Shown here piece after piece: positions 1-10,396 of a stretch of DNA of 64,000 nt. The notes below the pieces were generated by a model. It saw nothing but the letters and a program-made list of their open reading frames with translations, was not told where the DNA came from and did no database searches. The stretch is taken from contig CDRNVI010000053.1 of NCBI GenBank assembly GCA_977017575.1, positions 372,001 through 436,000 on the forward strand. The letters run 5' to 3'. The first letter of the stretch is position 1; every line of letters begins with the position of its first letter. The DNA is from Paramoeba atlantica. Its lineage: Eukaryota > Protista > Discosea. The position numbers and the translations under genes were made by a program.

Positions 1-2
1 CA

Positions 3-326
3 CGTGGTTTGATTATTTGTCTGGATTTGACACAAGACGGAAATACGATAGGAGTCGGCATGGCCAGAATTTTTGTGTCACACGTACAGCAAATTCGTAA
101 ACGCCGTGGTCTCCGTATAGAAGATGAAATCGTGGTAGAATATTACACAACCTCTTCGCTGCTGAAAAACGTCTTTCGCGATTATGCTCATGTTGTAAAC
201 GGTACGATAAAAGTTCCGTGGGGCCCAGCCGTGCAAGGCAGCAACAAGGCTAAAATGATTGGATCAGAAGATCTCGCAATAGGAGACGAGGCCATAACAA
301 TTAGTCTGTATTGGCCCAGTAGATAA
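3..326 (+). CDS. ILS1: Isoleucyl-tRNA synthetase, C-terminal end (gene starts before the window)
   Basis: Frame is open from the window start. ICLDLTQD...GMARIFVSHVQQIRKRRGLRIEDEIVVEY resembles the eukaryotic IleRS C-terminal motif (LLD.T.D...EG.ARE.INRIQ.LRK..GL...DEI.VYY). Confidence 0.7.
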   Translation, partial: RGLIICLDLTQDGNTIGVGMARIFVSHVQQIRKRRGLRIEDEIVVEYYTTSSLLKNVFRDYAHVVNGTIKVPWGPAVQGSNKAKMIGSEDLAIGDEAITISLYWPSR

Positions 327-932
327 GATGTTAGATAAAAGTAAATTTACTCATTGACTCAATTTTTTTACGTAACAAAAACTCTGCTTTCTGATATCAA
401 GGCGGGATGTGAGATTGCAAAGGTACGTAATTTCGATGCATTATAGTTTATGGTCCTTAAATTAGCGTGTTTTAGGCTCCTTACATTTAAACTTTGCTCA
501 CAGTTTATCTTTACTTTCTTAGCTCAATGACGAATAATTACAATACTGTCATTGTTATTATTTTGTTAAGCCTATCTTATTGGCCAGTTCTAGTACTTTT
601 TATTTTAGTGACTCAATACGGCTCTAATGCTGAACATCCACTCCTGAATACTAGTTCGTTACCTTACTTATGCTTCCAATTGTACGACATTGTGATTAAA
701 AGCATGTTTTGCATACCAAATACATGGAATGTCTAAGTAAACATTTATACCTGTAGGTGCACGTTCTGTACGACTACATACGAGTAAAAATGTTGTTAAG
801 CATCCCTCATTGTAATTAGAAAACATGTTCACTTAAGGGAATCAGGTCACATTTTTGTGGCAAATACCTCCGTACACAAATGTATACTGGGTATATAAAT
901 CTCTCGTTTTCTACTTAACTATTGTCCTGTGA

Positions 933-1154
933 ATGAGTGCTCTTTTTAACTTTGAAAGTCTTCTCTACGTAGTTCTTCTTACTATCTGCGCTTCAACGTA
1001 TGCAAAATCACTGCGAAACAGTCTTTTTGAGCGAGAATCTCCACATCTTTATCAAAGGTTTCTTTACAAATGCGCTATAGTAGGTGAAAGGCTAAGTCCA
1101 TGGGTCTCTTTAGGGTGTATCCTTATGGCCATAAGAGTCTTGTTTTACCGATAG
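933..1154 (+). CDS. KSH1: Protein Kish (TMEM167 family)
   Basis: 73 aa. MSALFNFESLLYVVLLTICASTY and YKCAIVGERLSPWVSLGCILMA match the Kish family. Confidence 0.88.
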   Translation: MSALFNFESLLYVVLLTICASTYAKSLRNSLFERESPHLYQRFLYKCAIVGERLSPWVSLGCILMAIRVLFYR

Positions 1155-1513
1155 CAATACCATCGGTATTACTGATACTAAGTATCGGTCAGCTTTGCTG
1201 GCCAGTAACATCATTTTAAGGTGAGTTTCGGTCGTTCGGAAGCTTTTCTTTACCCTTTTCTTCACCGCACTTCAATTTGGGTAGTTGGATATGCAAGGAT
1301 ACTTTCATGAATAGTTTACTTATCCATAAGTCCAATATGAAACACAATTTGGACATTGTTTTGCGAAATGGAGAATACCACATAGAGATTCGATAGCTAT
1401 CTTTCACTTTAATGTTGGGAAGAAATTCGAGCTCTTATGAACTACTGCCCTTGGAGTGGTATCTTCGAATCATCAACCGGTCGTTGCCTGAATGTTTTGG
1501 ATCTCTATTACGA

Positions 1514-2545
1514 ATGAGACAACGCGTACAATCGGGCAACAAATCAATGAATCACTCATATATCAAGAGTTCGTTTCGACGCGAGAGCGATCTCAGCATG
1601 CGAATTGTACTGTGGTCGTTGGGAATATTTCGTTATCAACCGTACCTGCGCTGTATATTTATGCATAACACCCTGAAAGCCTATCGAGATGGAATAAATG
1701 ATGCTTTGGCAATTGCCTTACATCTCTTGTGGGATCTTTACAATGATAATACGAATTTAATTTCCCGGTGGGAGGCGACTTGTCGTTTAACGTTAGTACA
1801 CGAAAATAATATTTCCGTTTCCTTGGGCAATTCTGAGGACGGCAGTTCATTGGTTCCGACATCGACCTTTGAGCAAGTACATGTGTCCCCAAATATCAGT
1901 GATAGAGAGGATTCATGTAGAAGCGATGAGTATTCATGTGACGCGGAAGACACCCAATCGTCAGGGATTGTCCCTTCCGAATTACCTACGCGTGCGGAAT
2001 TATTCGACACTATTGATGTAACCTCATGTAAAAACGATAATAAATATGAAAGTCTTAAGAATACTGATGGCGTTCTCTTTGCTCTGATCTCTCTGCGACA
2101 CATCGCGTTTCGAAAGCTGTTTTCGATGGCACCGCAACCCAGTCTTTTTATCGCACCCTCGAATTGTCCATTTGCCGGGCTGGGGCTATTCCTATGTGGC
2201 AGCGTCGCGCCGAATACTTTCCTGGGAGATTACATCGGTGAGTCTATGCGGAGCGACGAAGCCCAATTCGTTTCTTACGCCCTCGAGCAGTCGGCGAACA
2301 ATATTGTAGATGCAACTCGTCTGCGGTGCTCTGCTTCAATGGCAAACGACTACCGTGATGGACGGCCGAATACGACACCGAACGCCCGCCTCTGTACGTC
2401 GAGTGCCAAGGCGACAACCACACTAAGAAGTACTCGATGGATTAAGGATGAAGAGATACTTATTAATTACGGGCCAGACGTCCGTCATTACCCAAAAAAA
2501 TGCATCGGAATCATTCAAAGAACACGAGGTGAAATCTTATTATGA
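1514..2545 (+). CDS. SET-domain protein (putative lysine methyltransferase)
   Basis: C-terminal SET motifs: IAPSNCPFAGLGLF, LGDYIGE, SMANDY...NA, RWIKDEEILINYG. First in-frame ATG is 1514 (the ORF track starts at TTG 1412). Confidence 0.7.
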   Translation: MRQRVQSGNKSMNHSYIKSSFRRESDLSMRIVLWSLGIFRYQPYLRCIFMHNTLKAYRDGINDALAIALHLLWDLYNDNTNLISRWEATCRLTLVHENNISVSLGNSEDGSSLVPTSTFEQVHVSPNISDREDSCRSDEYSCDAEDTQSSGIVPSELPTRAELFDTIDVTSCKNDNKYESLKNTDGVLFALISLRHIAFRKLFSMAPQPSLFIAPSNCPFAGLGLFLCGSVAPNTFLGDYIGESMRSDEAQFVSYALEQSANNIVDATRLRCSASMANDYRDGRPNTTPNARLCTSSAKATTTLRSTRWIKDEEILINYGPDVRHYPKKCIGIIQRTRGEILL

Positions 2546-3102
2546 TGCCTGAACTAGAGGAAAAGACAATACTATTAAAAAACTATGATAATGTGTTCTG
2601 ATCTGTTTTACTTCGGATTTATTTCTTATCCAAATGTTTTTATTCATGGTTTTACTTCTTGCATTGGTTTTTGGGGGTTGCGCTCCTACTTGATTCAAAT
2701 TAGTTTTTACGCTTGCCTTTGATTTGGTTACTTTTTTACTGAAGCGCCGTTTCTTGATTAGGTATGGCCGTTTTTTCTGCTCTCAGGGGCTTGGAAATGT
2801 AGGAAGTGGGGGATGAGTGGGGTTTACAAAAGAAATGTAGTATAACAAAGCAAGCTCTGCGTTGCCAAAAGCTTTCCAGCAATAGACGTACCCCCCTTAG
2901 TACACTTCATACCACCTGAGTGGTGGAAATTATCATTCGCTGAAACAAAACAAGTGATATATGCTTTCTATAGAAATGTCAGTACGTTTATTTATTCAAC
3001 TGCATCAAAGAAATATGTCTGTTATTACAGAAATATTAAAGAAATATCACTGTTATTATTCCTACGTATTATTCCTACTGCACTAAATATTCCTGTTTTA
3101 GT

Positions 3103-3294
3103 ATGGGGCGAAGTAACAACCAGAGGCGAAGAACGGCAAAAAGGACAGGACGTCCGTTGCTTCTCAAGAAAACGAAATCAAAGTGGAAGAAACTTGCCGC
3201 ACAAAGTTCCTCAGAAAAATTTAAAAATTCCCGTCTTCGTAAAGGGTATACCAAGAACGAGAAAGGACGCGTCAAAAAAAGGAAGTATACTTAG
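3103..3294 (+). CDS. Small, highly basic hypothetical protein (63 aa)
   Basis: ATG start on the coding strand, directly after a T-rich tract ending TTTTAG (possible trans-splice acceptor). K/R-rich composition. No family recognised. Confidence 0.4.
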   Translation: MGRSNNQRRRTAKRTGRPLLLKKTKSKWKKLAAQSSSEKFKNSRLRKGYTKNEKGRVKKRKYT

Positions 3295-3605
3295 CTCCAT
3301 CCGCTGCATTCGCATAAAGCACCTCGGAAGATTCCATGACTCGAACTTCATAAATATCTTCCTTCGCCTGATGCTGTGACGGTCAATAGGGATTGGGGAA
3401 GTTTGAATGCGAACGCACAATTTTTCTGGTATTCCAGTGTTCTTACATAAAGTGTATGTGTTCATGACGTTGTTTTATGACCTAACTAGTAGGCGTTGTT
3501 TTACGGCATATTTGATATTTTATATGGTTTTTGTAGGTTCAAAGCTTTATAAATAATATTTTCTTATAATATTTTCCTATAATGTTTCCTATAATATTTC
3601 CTATA

Positions 3606-5145
3606 CTGTGACCCCCCCTTTAATAGAGACACCCCCTCAGACCCCCCTTTAATGGAGACAAAATTAGGGGAAGAATTTTTTGGATGGAGCTATTTTTTTT
3701 TTGGGGGGGGGGGGCGAAGTGGATAAGAAAATTTGGATTGTCCCTTAAAAAGAGAAGAAAAATTAGAATTCACTGAACATTCTATTTGTCGCTTCGTTAA
3801 ATGCGGTGGTTGTTTTCAAAATAGACTGCCGGGGAGGGAGCGGAGTTGAGGACGGCGCCTATTTCGTCCGACTGACAATTATGTAGGGAGGTGAATTCAC
3901 TATCTTTTCCCAGAACTGACAAATAAACAGGGGGTGGGCGGTGACAAATAGATGTATGTAGGGGGGTGACGATAGATGTACATAGTTGCTATATACAGCA
4001 TATATACTGCATAGATGTATCATAGTTGCTATATACAGTTGCTATATATAGTTGCTATATGTAGATGAACCCCTCCTACCCTGGAGCTGTTAATTATTGA
4101 CTTCCTCTTATAGGAGGATAAGTCAGATGTGTGCCCTCTATGGTTGAGATTACTCCTGTGTTGGCACAGATGCTTCGAGCATCAGCATTCGCACAGCGGA
4201 CCTAGGCTGGAACTAGGGGGCTGGAACTAGGCTGGAACTACTACTACTATATAGATAAGGGGTTGGGGGTATGATCTCGTGTGATCTCACGTGATCTCGC
4301 ATTAACTCGCGTGATCTCGTCTTGGGCCTAACCCGCAGCCCCTCAAATGTAGGGGGGATAAAATCCTTTGGAAGGCAGAGTGCGGAATTTCAACCGCGGC
4401 TCTCGAATATCCGTTGTTTCTTAATAGTCAGAGCGTCATGTAACCCCTGAAACCGCACTCTCGATGGCAAAGTGACCGCTCCAAGGAAAAAGAGCAAGTA
4501 TGCACCCATTTTACCAAAAATAAGAACCATTCTATTTTTTAACGTATAGTGGTTTCAATTGAACTTCCCCCCGGCGGAATTCGAACAAAAGCTTTTTTGT
4601 CCGTTTTTGCTCATTTTTGTTGCAAACGAGAGATCTCGTTTCGCTAGTGAAGCGCTTTGGCACCTTTTTTTCCCTAGTGCTCATATGGTGACCCGAAAAA
4701 CAGCCAAAACAAAATTCTTGATGAATACGAACCTTGGAAGGAAGTCTAAAACCATATGTTTCTGACCCAGGGGGTACCAGGGGGTCCCTACAAAAAAAGG
4801 GCAGCAAATCGCTTAACCAGGAAAACGAAATCTATCCAATGCTGCGAAAAAGAAGAAAAACTGATAAAAAAACTCAAAATTCCGCGGCGGGGAAGATATC
4901 TTGAAACCACTCTACTTTTGTTCCTCACCACGTTTTCGCATTAACACGACTTTTGTTGACACAACATTTGTCGCCTCGACTTTTGTTGAGATAACTTTTT
5001 AGCCCCCTGTAAGGAAAGGCTTCTGAAACTGAGGCGCCGCGAAGCGGCGCCGATTTTTTTTTCCTGTTTCGGATTTTCATTTCATCCCCCCCTTTAATAG
5101 AGACAAATGACGAAATTGTGTCTACATTAAAGGGGGGGGTCACAG
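3606..5145. mobile_element. Non-autonomous TIR DNA transposon (1540 bp, TA target)
   Basis: Left end TA|CTGTGACCCCCCCTTTAATAGAGAC, right end GTCTACATTAAAGGGGGGGGTCACAG|TA. Subterminal repeats CCCCCCTTTAATRGAGACAAA near 3643 and 5088. Inserted into a (TATAATATTTCC)-like minisatellite that continues on both sides. No transposase inside. Confidence 0.85.
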
Positions 5146-5215
5146 TAATATTTCCTATAACATTTCCTATAATATTTTTGACAGAGATTATCAGCATATT
5201 TGTTTCTACTATAAA

Positions 5216-5515
5216 ATGGTCTATACCAGTTGGAAGTGCGATCGTTACCTTATTTTCGCACCGAAATATCACGCGTCCTGGCAAGCCATGCCCATGATCG
5301 GCTACTTTGTAAGTGGTGTACTGGTGTGGAAATACTTCGCATTCAACACTGAGGAAACAGAAAGACGCAATGCGTGGTGGAGCGGATATCCCTGGTGGAG
5401 AGACCCCATAACATTGCGAAAGGAAGTGAAATACAAGCAAATGATTAGAGACAATGATGTGGATATATCCGAGGCAAAGTGGACGGGGGTAGAGAAAAGC
5501 AAACTGGTTCATTGA
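5216..5515 (+). CDS. Mitochondrial F1Fo-ATP synthase subunit i/j-like (kinetoplastid type)
   Basis: MVYTSWKCDR...EETERRNAWWSGYPWWRDPI...KYKQMIRDNDVDI...KWTG closely resembles the T. brucei subunit i/j sequence as I recall it. Single TM segment. Confidence 0.7.
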   Translation: MVYTSWKCDRYLIFAPKYHASWQAMPMIGYFVSGVLVWKYFAFNTEETERRNAWWSGYPWWRDPITLRKEVKYKQMIRDNDVDISEAKWTGVEKSKLVH

Positions 5516-5810
5516 ACCAGCCGCCATACTTTGACGGAACCGGAGGAGATGGTGGGTACGCTCAGGTGGGTAGGGTATTTGTAAAAAGGTGTGAAACAGA
5601 GACTGGAAGTTGGAAAACTCAATTACGATTTCGAAAACGCTATACACGCTGTATACAATTTTGCTAACGTTTACCAGGATGAAACAATTCTTGAAAACCT
5701 CCTTTTGGTTTCTTTGGAATTGGTTTCTTTAGTGTTGCAGCTTGTAAGAAAACATCACGCTTTTTATGTCTAGCTTAAAATTTACTTTTCTCTTGTATTT
5801 TACATAAAGA

Positions 5811-6227
5811 ATGGTAGGCTGCAAAGGAGCCAAGGCGAACAAATTTCGTATCACACTGGGTCTCCCCGTTGGGGCGATTATGAACTGCAGTGACAATACG
5901 GGGGCGCGCAATCTATATATTATTGCCGTAAAGGGAATCCGTGGTCGGCTTAACAGACTGCCCGCCGCCGCAGTCGGCGACGTCGTATTGGCCACAGTAA
6001 AGAGCGGCAAACCGGAACTCCGCAAGAAAGTGCTCCCTGCGGTGGTCATACGGCAACGACAAAAGTGGAGACGGAAGGACGGCACCGTGATCTACTTTGA
6101 GGACAACGCAGGAGTGATTGTGAATCCGAAGGGGGAGATGAAGGGATCAGGTATTGCCGGGCCTGTGGCAAAGGAATGTGCTGATCTCTGGCCGAAGATC
6201 TCGACAAATGCACCTGCAATAGTGTAA
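5811..6227 (+). CDS. RPL23: 60S ribosomal protein L23 (uL14)
   Basis: [26 protein letters not shown]...RLNRLPAA...KGKPELRKK-like...[19 protein letters not shown]. Confidence 0.98.
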   Translation: MVGCKGAKANKFRITLGLPVGAIMNCSDNTGARNLYIIAVKGIRGRLNRLPAAAVGDVVLATVKSGKPELRKKVLPAVVIRQRQKWRRKDGTVIYFEDNAGVIVNPKGEMKGSGIAGPVAKECADLWPKISTNAPAIV

Positions 6228-6540
6228 TTATTGCAAGTAGAAAGTATCGAAGTAGTGAAAATTGCTCACCTAAATTAGCGCAAAAGGAAGGAGAAAGAAT
6301 AAAATGAAGGGAAGGAAGGGAAGGAACAGCAATACGTTCCATACTATACCAATACTATACCAGCATATCATTTACTGTATCGATATTTGAACACTGATTG
6401 CAAACTGTTTTGCAAATCGTGAATGAAGTCATCTAAAAAAATTCGGACTTGTCTTAGATCGTTACACGTATTACATTGCACAGAATACAATTTATTTCCC
6501 TTATTCTTGTTAAGGAGTTTTTGGAAAATTCTTTCACTAC

Positions 6541-7242
6541 ATGTCGAAATCTGTTTTAATTTACGGTGGTTGCGGAGCCCTAGGTAGGGCATGTGTAACA
6601 CACTTCGTCAGTAAGGGATGGAATACTATCAGCGCGGACATCCATGAAAATTCGGAAGCGTCTTCTAATGTTATTGTTCCTTCATTTCGTTTCGCTACAA
6701 CGAACACTGAGCTTGACGATTTCTTTTCTGCGATGCCTGAGCTTCATTGTATACTGAATGTGGCGGGAGGCTGGCAGGGTGGCAGTGCTGCCTCAAAGCA
6801 TTTGGTGCGCAATGTCGATTTGTCGTACACTCAGAGCGTTGTGAGTTCCACATACTGTACGGAAATAGCGGCACGTAAGCTCTTGGGAGGTGGGTTATTG
6901 TTGCTTCCCGGCGCCGCTGCGGCACTTCAGCCGACTCCGAAAATGTTAGGCTACGGGATGGGAAAAGCAGCAGTTCATCATCTCGTACGTAGCTTGGCCG
7001 AACCCGAATCCTGCGGACTGCGTGTAAACTGTTGCACGATCGGGTTGCTGCCTATTACCCTCGACACAGCGCAGAATCGTGCTTCGATGCCAAATGCAGA
7101 TTTCAATGAGTGGACACCCTTGAACGAGGTGGCATGGGTGGTGCAGCAGTGGGCGGCCGACCCTGAGACCCGTCCGCAAAGCGGTAGTCTGGCTGTATTT
7201 CGAACACGAGAGGGGCGAACTCGTGTGGCATATGAGCAGTAA
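6541..7242 (+). CDS. QDPR: Dihydropteridine reductase (quinonoid)
   Basis: VLIYGGCGALG, LNVAGGWQGG, LQPTPKMLGYGMGKAAVHHLVRSL, LPITLDTAQNRASMPNADFNEWTPL. Confidence 0.93.
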   Translation: MSKSVLIYGGCGALGRACVTHFVSKGWNTISADIHENSEASSNVIVPSFRFATTNTELDDFFSAMPELHCILNVAGGWQGGSAASKHLVRNVDLSYTQSVVSSTYCTEIAARKLLGGGLLLLPGAAAALQPTPKMLGYGMGKAAVHHLVRSLAEPESCGLRVNCCTIGLLPITLDTAQNRASMPNADFNEWTPLNEVAWVVQQWAADPETRPQSGSLAVFRTREGRTRVAYEQ

Positions 7243-7766
7243 AAAGCTTTACGCCGATCAATTTCTTTTCTTTTGATTCGCACTACGCAATCAGTGCAAG
7301 TACGCGCAATTCATAGATGATGGCCTACTCTTCTATTAATGTACACTACTTGGGCAATATGCTGGCGTGTGTAGAGGTGCTGATGGAGCCTTTTCTAGTT
7401 TTTGATACGCTTCGTATTGTTATATCGTATGCCATGCTATGTATTTATTTTAAATAAATACATAAATTAATACATAAATTAATACATAAATAAATTCTTT
7501 GTGTCCCTTGTCTAAAGGTCGTATGCTAAATCCATCGTTGCACCCTGAATGTAAAGTGAAGTTCAGTATTCATCTTATTCGGAATTTCATTTCCTCGTAA
7601 AAGCGTATTGTACATATTGTATATCAGTTTGTACCATTTACACCACTTACTCTTCTTTCGAATTTTAATAGGTTATTTATGAAGATATTTCTGTTCGAAA
7701 ATTCGTGTACGCACTTACTTACACCGTGCCGTTTCGCCAAAACCAGGGGCACTATAACTTATAATA

Positions 7767-8114
7767 CAGTGCGTGGTGTTACTACGGGACGGGTTAATTA
7801 CGGGACGGGTTAATTACGGGACGGGTTAATTACGGGACAATATGGGGGTCGGGTCATATATTTGGAATGGGACAAAAGAACTACAAGTGTAGCTCCCAAA
7901 TCACAGAGCGCGCAAGTTATCAAGCACACATAAAAATGTTTTTGTAAGATAAGGGAACGAAAAAGGAGACAAGTAAAGGAAGATAATGGAAAGAAAAAGG
8001 TATATTAGGGCCTTGAAAAAAAAGGAGAATTAAAGGACGGTTAATTACGGGACACTTTGGCCTTGATGGGGGGTGTCCCTTAATTAACCCGTCCCGTAAT
8101 AAGGCCCCGCACTG
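7767..8114. mobile_element. Tc1-type MITE (348 bp)
   Basis: TA|CAGTGCGTGGTGTTACTACGGGACGGGTTAATTA ... TAATTAACCCGTCCCGTAATAAGGCCCCGCACTG|TA. About 34-bp imperfect TIR with CAGTG ends. Nearly four tandem copies of the 16-mer TTAATTACGGGACGGG at 7779-7838. Confidence 0.88.
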
Positions 8115-8287
8115 TACGTGGTTTACAATAAGTGGGAGGAGCACACTACTATATATACTTTGATAAATTTTATAATTAAGCTGAAGCTACTGCATTTGTA
8201 GAGTACTTGCCCCACATGACCAGCTCTCTTATTTTTTGATGCACTTCGAAATCAACTATATCACCGTTTGTTGATCTATTTCGACTG

Positions 8288-8947
8288 ATGACGAATTATT
8301 CTGATGGGCGGTGGACCCCTGAGGAACTTGCCGTTTTGCAGACCGTATTTAGTGATGTATCACAAATTAAGCTGATGGATCTGGTCGAGGAAGCTAGAAT
8401 ACAACTCGTGCAGCAGCTTCGCTCGTATCGCGATCCAAAACGAATAAAGGCTTATTTTCTATTGTTCTCACGTCGCATGAAAAGAACTACGAGCTCGATC
8501 GTTTCTCAAGCACCCATACGAAATCGTCATGCTCCATCAATATATAGCGAGAAGGAAGAAACCGAATCCCCAAGGGATGAGATGAGCGTGGAAGCAGGCG
8601 TCAAATTTTCCATCTCTTCGCGCTCTGTGCCTGTGACTGCTGCGCGATCACGTCCCTGTTTGCTACATTGTAAATTAGGTCACGTTCTGCGACTTGATCG
8701 CATGGAAAGTGGGGAACTTGAAGTATATTTGAACCTTATTTACCAAGCATTGCTTAATCATAAAAGCAAAAGAGAAATCGGTACTGCGACAGTCGACGTG
8801 CTAGACGAAATTATGAGATTGTTCCCCGAGTTCTGTGTATATGCTGAAACACCTTACATTCTGAAGGAATTTCTGAAAAAAATGTGCAGGCAGATCGACA
8901 GAAATGGAAATGTTGGACTTGTTGATTTCGCATTTAGCAATTGTTAG
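8288..8947 (+). CDS. Hypothetical protein with N-terminal Myb/SANT-like motif
   Basis: 219-aa ATG ORF on the coding strand. GRWTPEELAVL resembles Myb helix 1. Confidence 0.6.
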   Translation: MTNYSDGRWTPEELAVLQTVFSDVSQIKLMDLVEEARIQLVQQLRSYRDPKRIKAYFLLFSRRMKRTTSSIVSQAPIRNRHAPSIYSEKEETESPRDEMSVEAGVKFSISSRSVPVTAARSRPCLLHCKLGHVLRLDRMESGELEVYLNLIYQALLNHKSKREIGTATVDVLDEIMRLFPEFCVYAETPYILKEFLKKMCRQIDRNGNVGLVDFAFSNC

Positions 8948-9286
8948 GTGAAAACATTTTTGGGAACACGCTAATTATGAAAGTAGACACTACATGTGCA
9001 CTATGTGCACTATTTTTCTTGTGTTTCGATCTTATACTGTAGATCGAAAGATGGCATAGTTAACACTAGTTCACCTAGTACTAGTTCACTTAAAAAGTTG
9101 ATCGCGGCTCTCAACGTGCGTATAAACCTTTGAGTGTTCAAAGGCTTTTTTACAAGAAACATATGAAGGAAGAGATATTAATTAAACGTCAATTTTATGG
9201 TTCGGAAACGTTGGCTGCACTCTTGGTTCATGTACAACTATTTTAGAGCGCGTTGCTATGGTGAACTGAAAACTGTGGGATAATCT

Positions 9287-10162
9287 ATGGGTATCGCGTT
9301 TTCGCTTCCCCCTCGGGCCGCACGTTCATGTTCCAAGACTGGTGAATACAGCACGGGAGTGTCTCGCAGCACACAAACTTCTATGGATTCCACACGATCC
9401 GTTTCTCCCAAAGAAATACATTCAGTGGGCAAACCGTCTCACATCACGCGTAGCGATGTGACCACTGGCATCAAGTCAAATCAGCCTACTGGAAGCGAAC
9501 TTTGCCCCGCATTGGGGAACGGTCTGGGAATTCCCATCTCGAGTCCCACTATTTTTCACGCGAGTAGTGCAGCTACCCCATCCCAGGATCTTACAGTTCG
9601 CCAAAACGCTGCCTATGAGCGTGGCCGTCGAGATGGAATGGAACTTGCAACCGGTGAGGCACGAGCTCGAGGTAGTGGAGATCTGTGGCTAATGGGAGGT
9701 ACATGCATCTGCGTGCTGTGCACCATAGGGCTCATTTTCTTACGTAAAGCGCAACTTACGCTTCGTCAAATGGAACACATGCGTCAGGATTCTACCACGC
9801 TTCTTCACCTCAAGGAAAAGGAGCTCTCCACGGAACAGGCACAGATTCAACACCTGCAAGGAATGCATCGTGAGTATCTCGCGAGGTGTCAGAAACAGGT
9901 CGCTGTAATTTCTAGACTCCGCAAGCGGCAGCATGCCCTAGCTCGAATGCTTCGAAACCGTGAGGTGTCGGAAACGCTGCAACAAAAGAAACATAGGCAT
10001 GCTATCACATCTTTCTATGAAGAGAAAATAGGTATCGCAGATGCAAGCTTCAAGGAAAGGTTTGCTGAATATCAAGTTAAGGAAGCGCTAAATATGCTGG
10101 CAGGGGCTCTTATGTGCCTCTCCATGTGGATATCCTTTCAACTAGGACTGGCATGTGGCTAA
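9287..10162 (+). CDS. Hypothetical membrane protein with coiled coil
   Basis: 291 aa: S/T-rich N-terminus, TM segment LWLMGGTCICVLCTIGLIFL, Q/E/R coiled coil, C-terminal hydrophobic tail. Confidence 0.7.
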   Translation: MGIAFSLPPRAARSCSKTGEYSTGVSRSTQTSMDSTRSVSPKEIHSVGKPSHITRSDVTTGIKSNQPTGSELCPALGNGLGIPISSPTIFHASSAATPSQDLTVRQNAAYERGRRDGMELATGEARARGSGDLWLMGGTCICVLCTIGLIFLRKAQLTLRQMEHMRQDSTTLLHLKEKELSTEQAQIQHLQGMHREYLARCQKQVAVISRLRKRQHALARMLRNREVSETLQQKKHRHAITSFYEEKIGIADASFKERFAEYQVKEALNMLAGALMCLSMWISFQLGLACG

Positions 10163-10396
10163 ACGTAACTAGTTTAAAGCAGCGGCGCACTATTTTTTAA
10201 TAGTCATGTCCTTGTACTTTGTAAGTACACGAAATTTTTACAAATTTGTATATAAAAAAAAGTTGTATATGATTCGTAGAAACCAAGGAAAATTGTACGT
10301 ATATTGGGCAGTGATTTTTTACGTTTTTTGAAATGGCGTCTAAATTCTAGTATTTCTTGGATCAATTTTTTTCTATACATACGAGTAAATCCGAAG

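Noticed and set aside
3292-3339. TAG readthrough extending the small basic ORF (LHPLHSHKAPRKIP)
   Set aside because: 14 open codons arise by chance about half the time, and TAG is a normal stop in other genes here.
4925-5647. 240-aa minus-strand ORF
   Set aside because: It is a shadow of the ATP synthase gene and a MITE end, with no motifs, and lies against the cluster direction.
7779-7838. CRISPR or iteron array
   Set aside because: These are head-to-tail 16-mers with no spacers, inside a TIR-bounded MITE.
10304-10396. GTG/TTG starts given by the ORF track (also 1412, 17112, 18268, 19986, 34602, 45837, 57235)
   Set aside because: In this eukaryotic context each has a nearby in-frame ATG ahead of the conserved domain. 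The extensions are AT-rich acceptor or UTR sequence.
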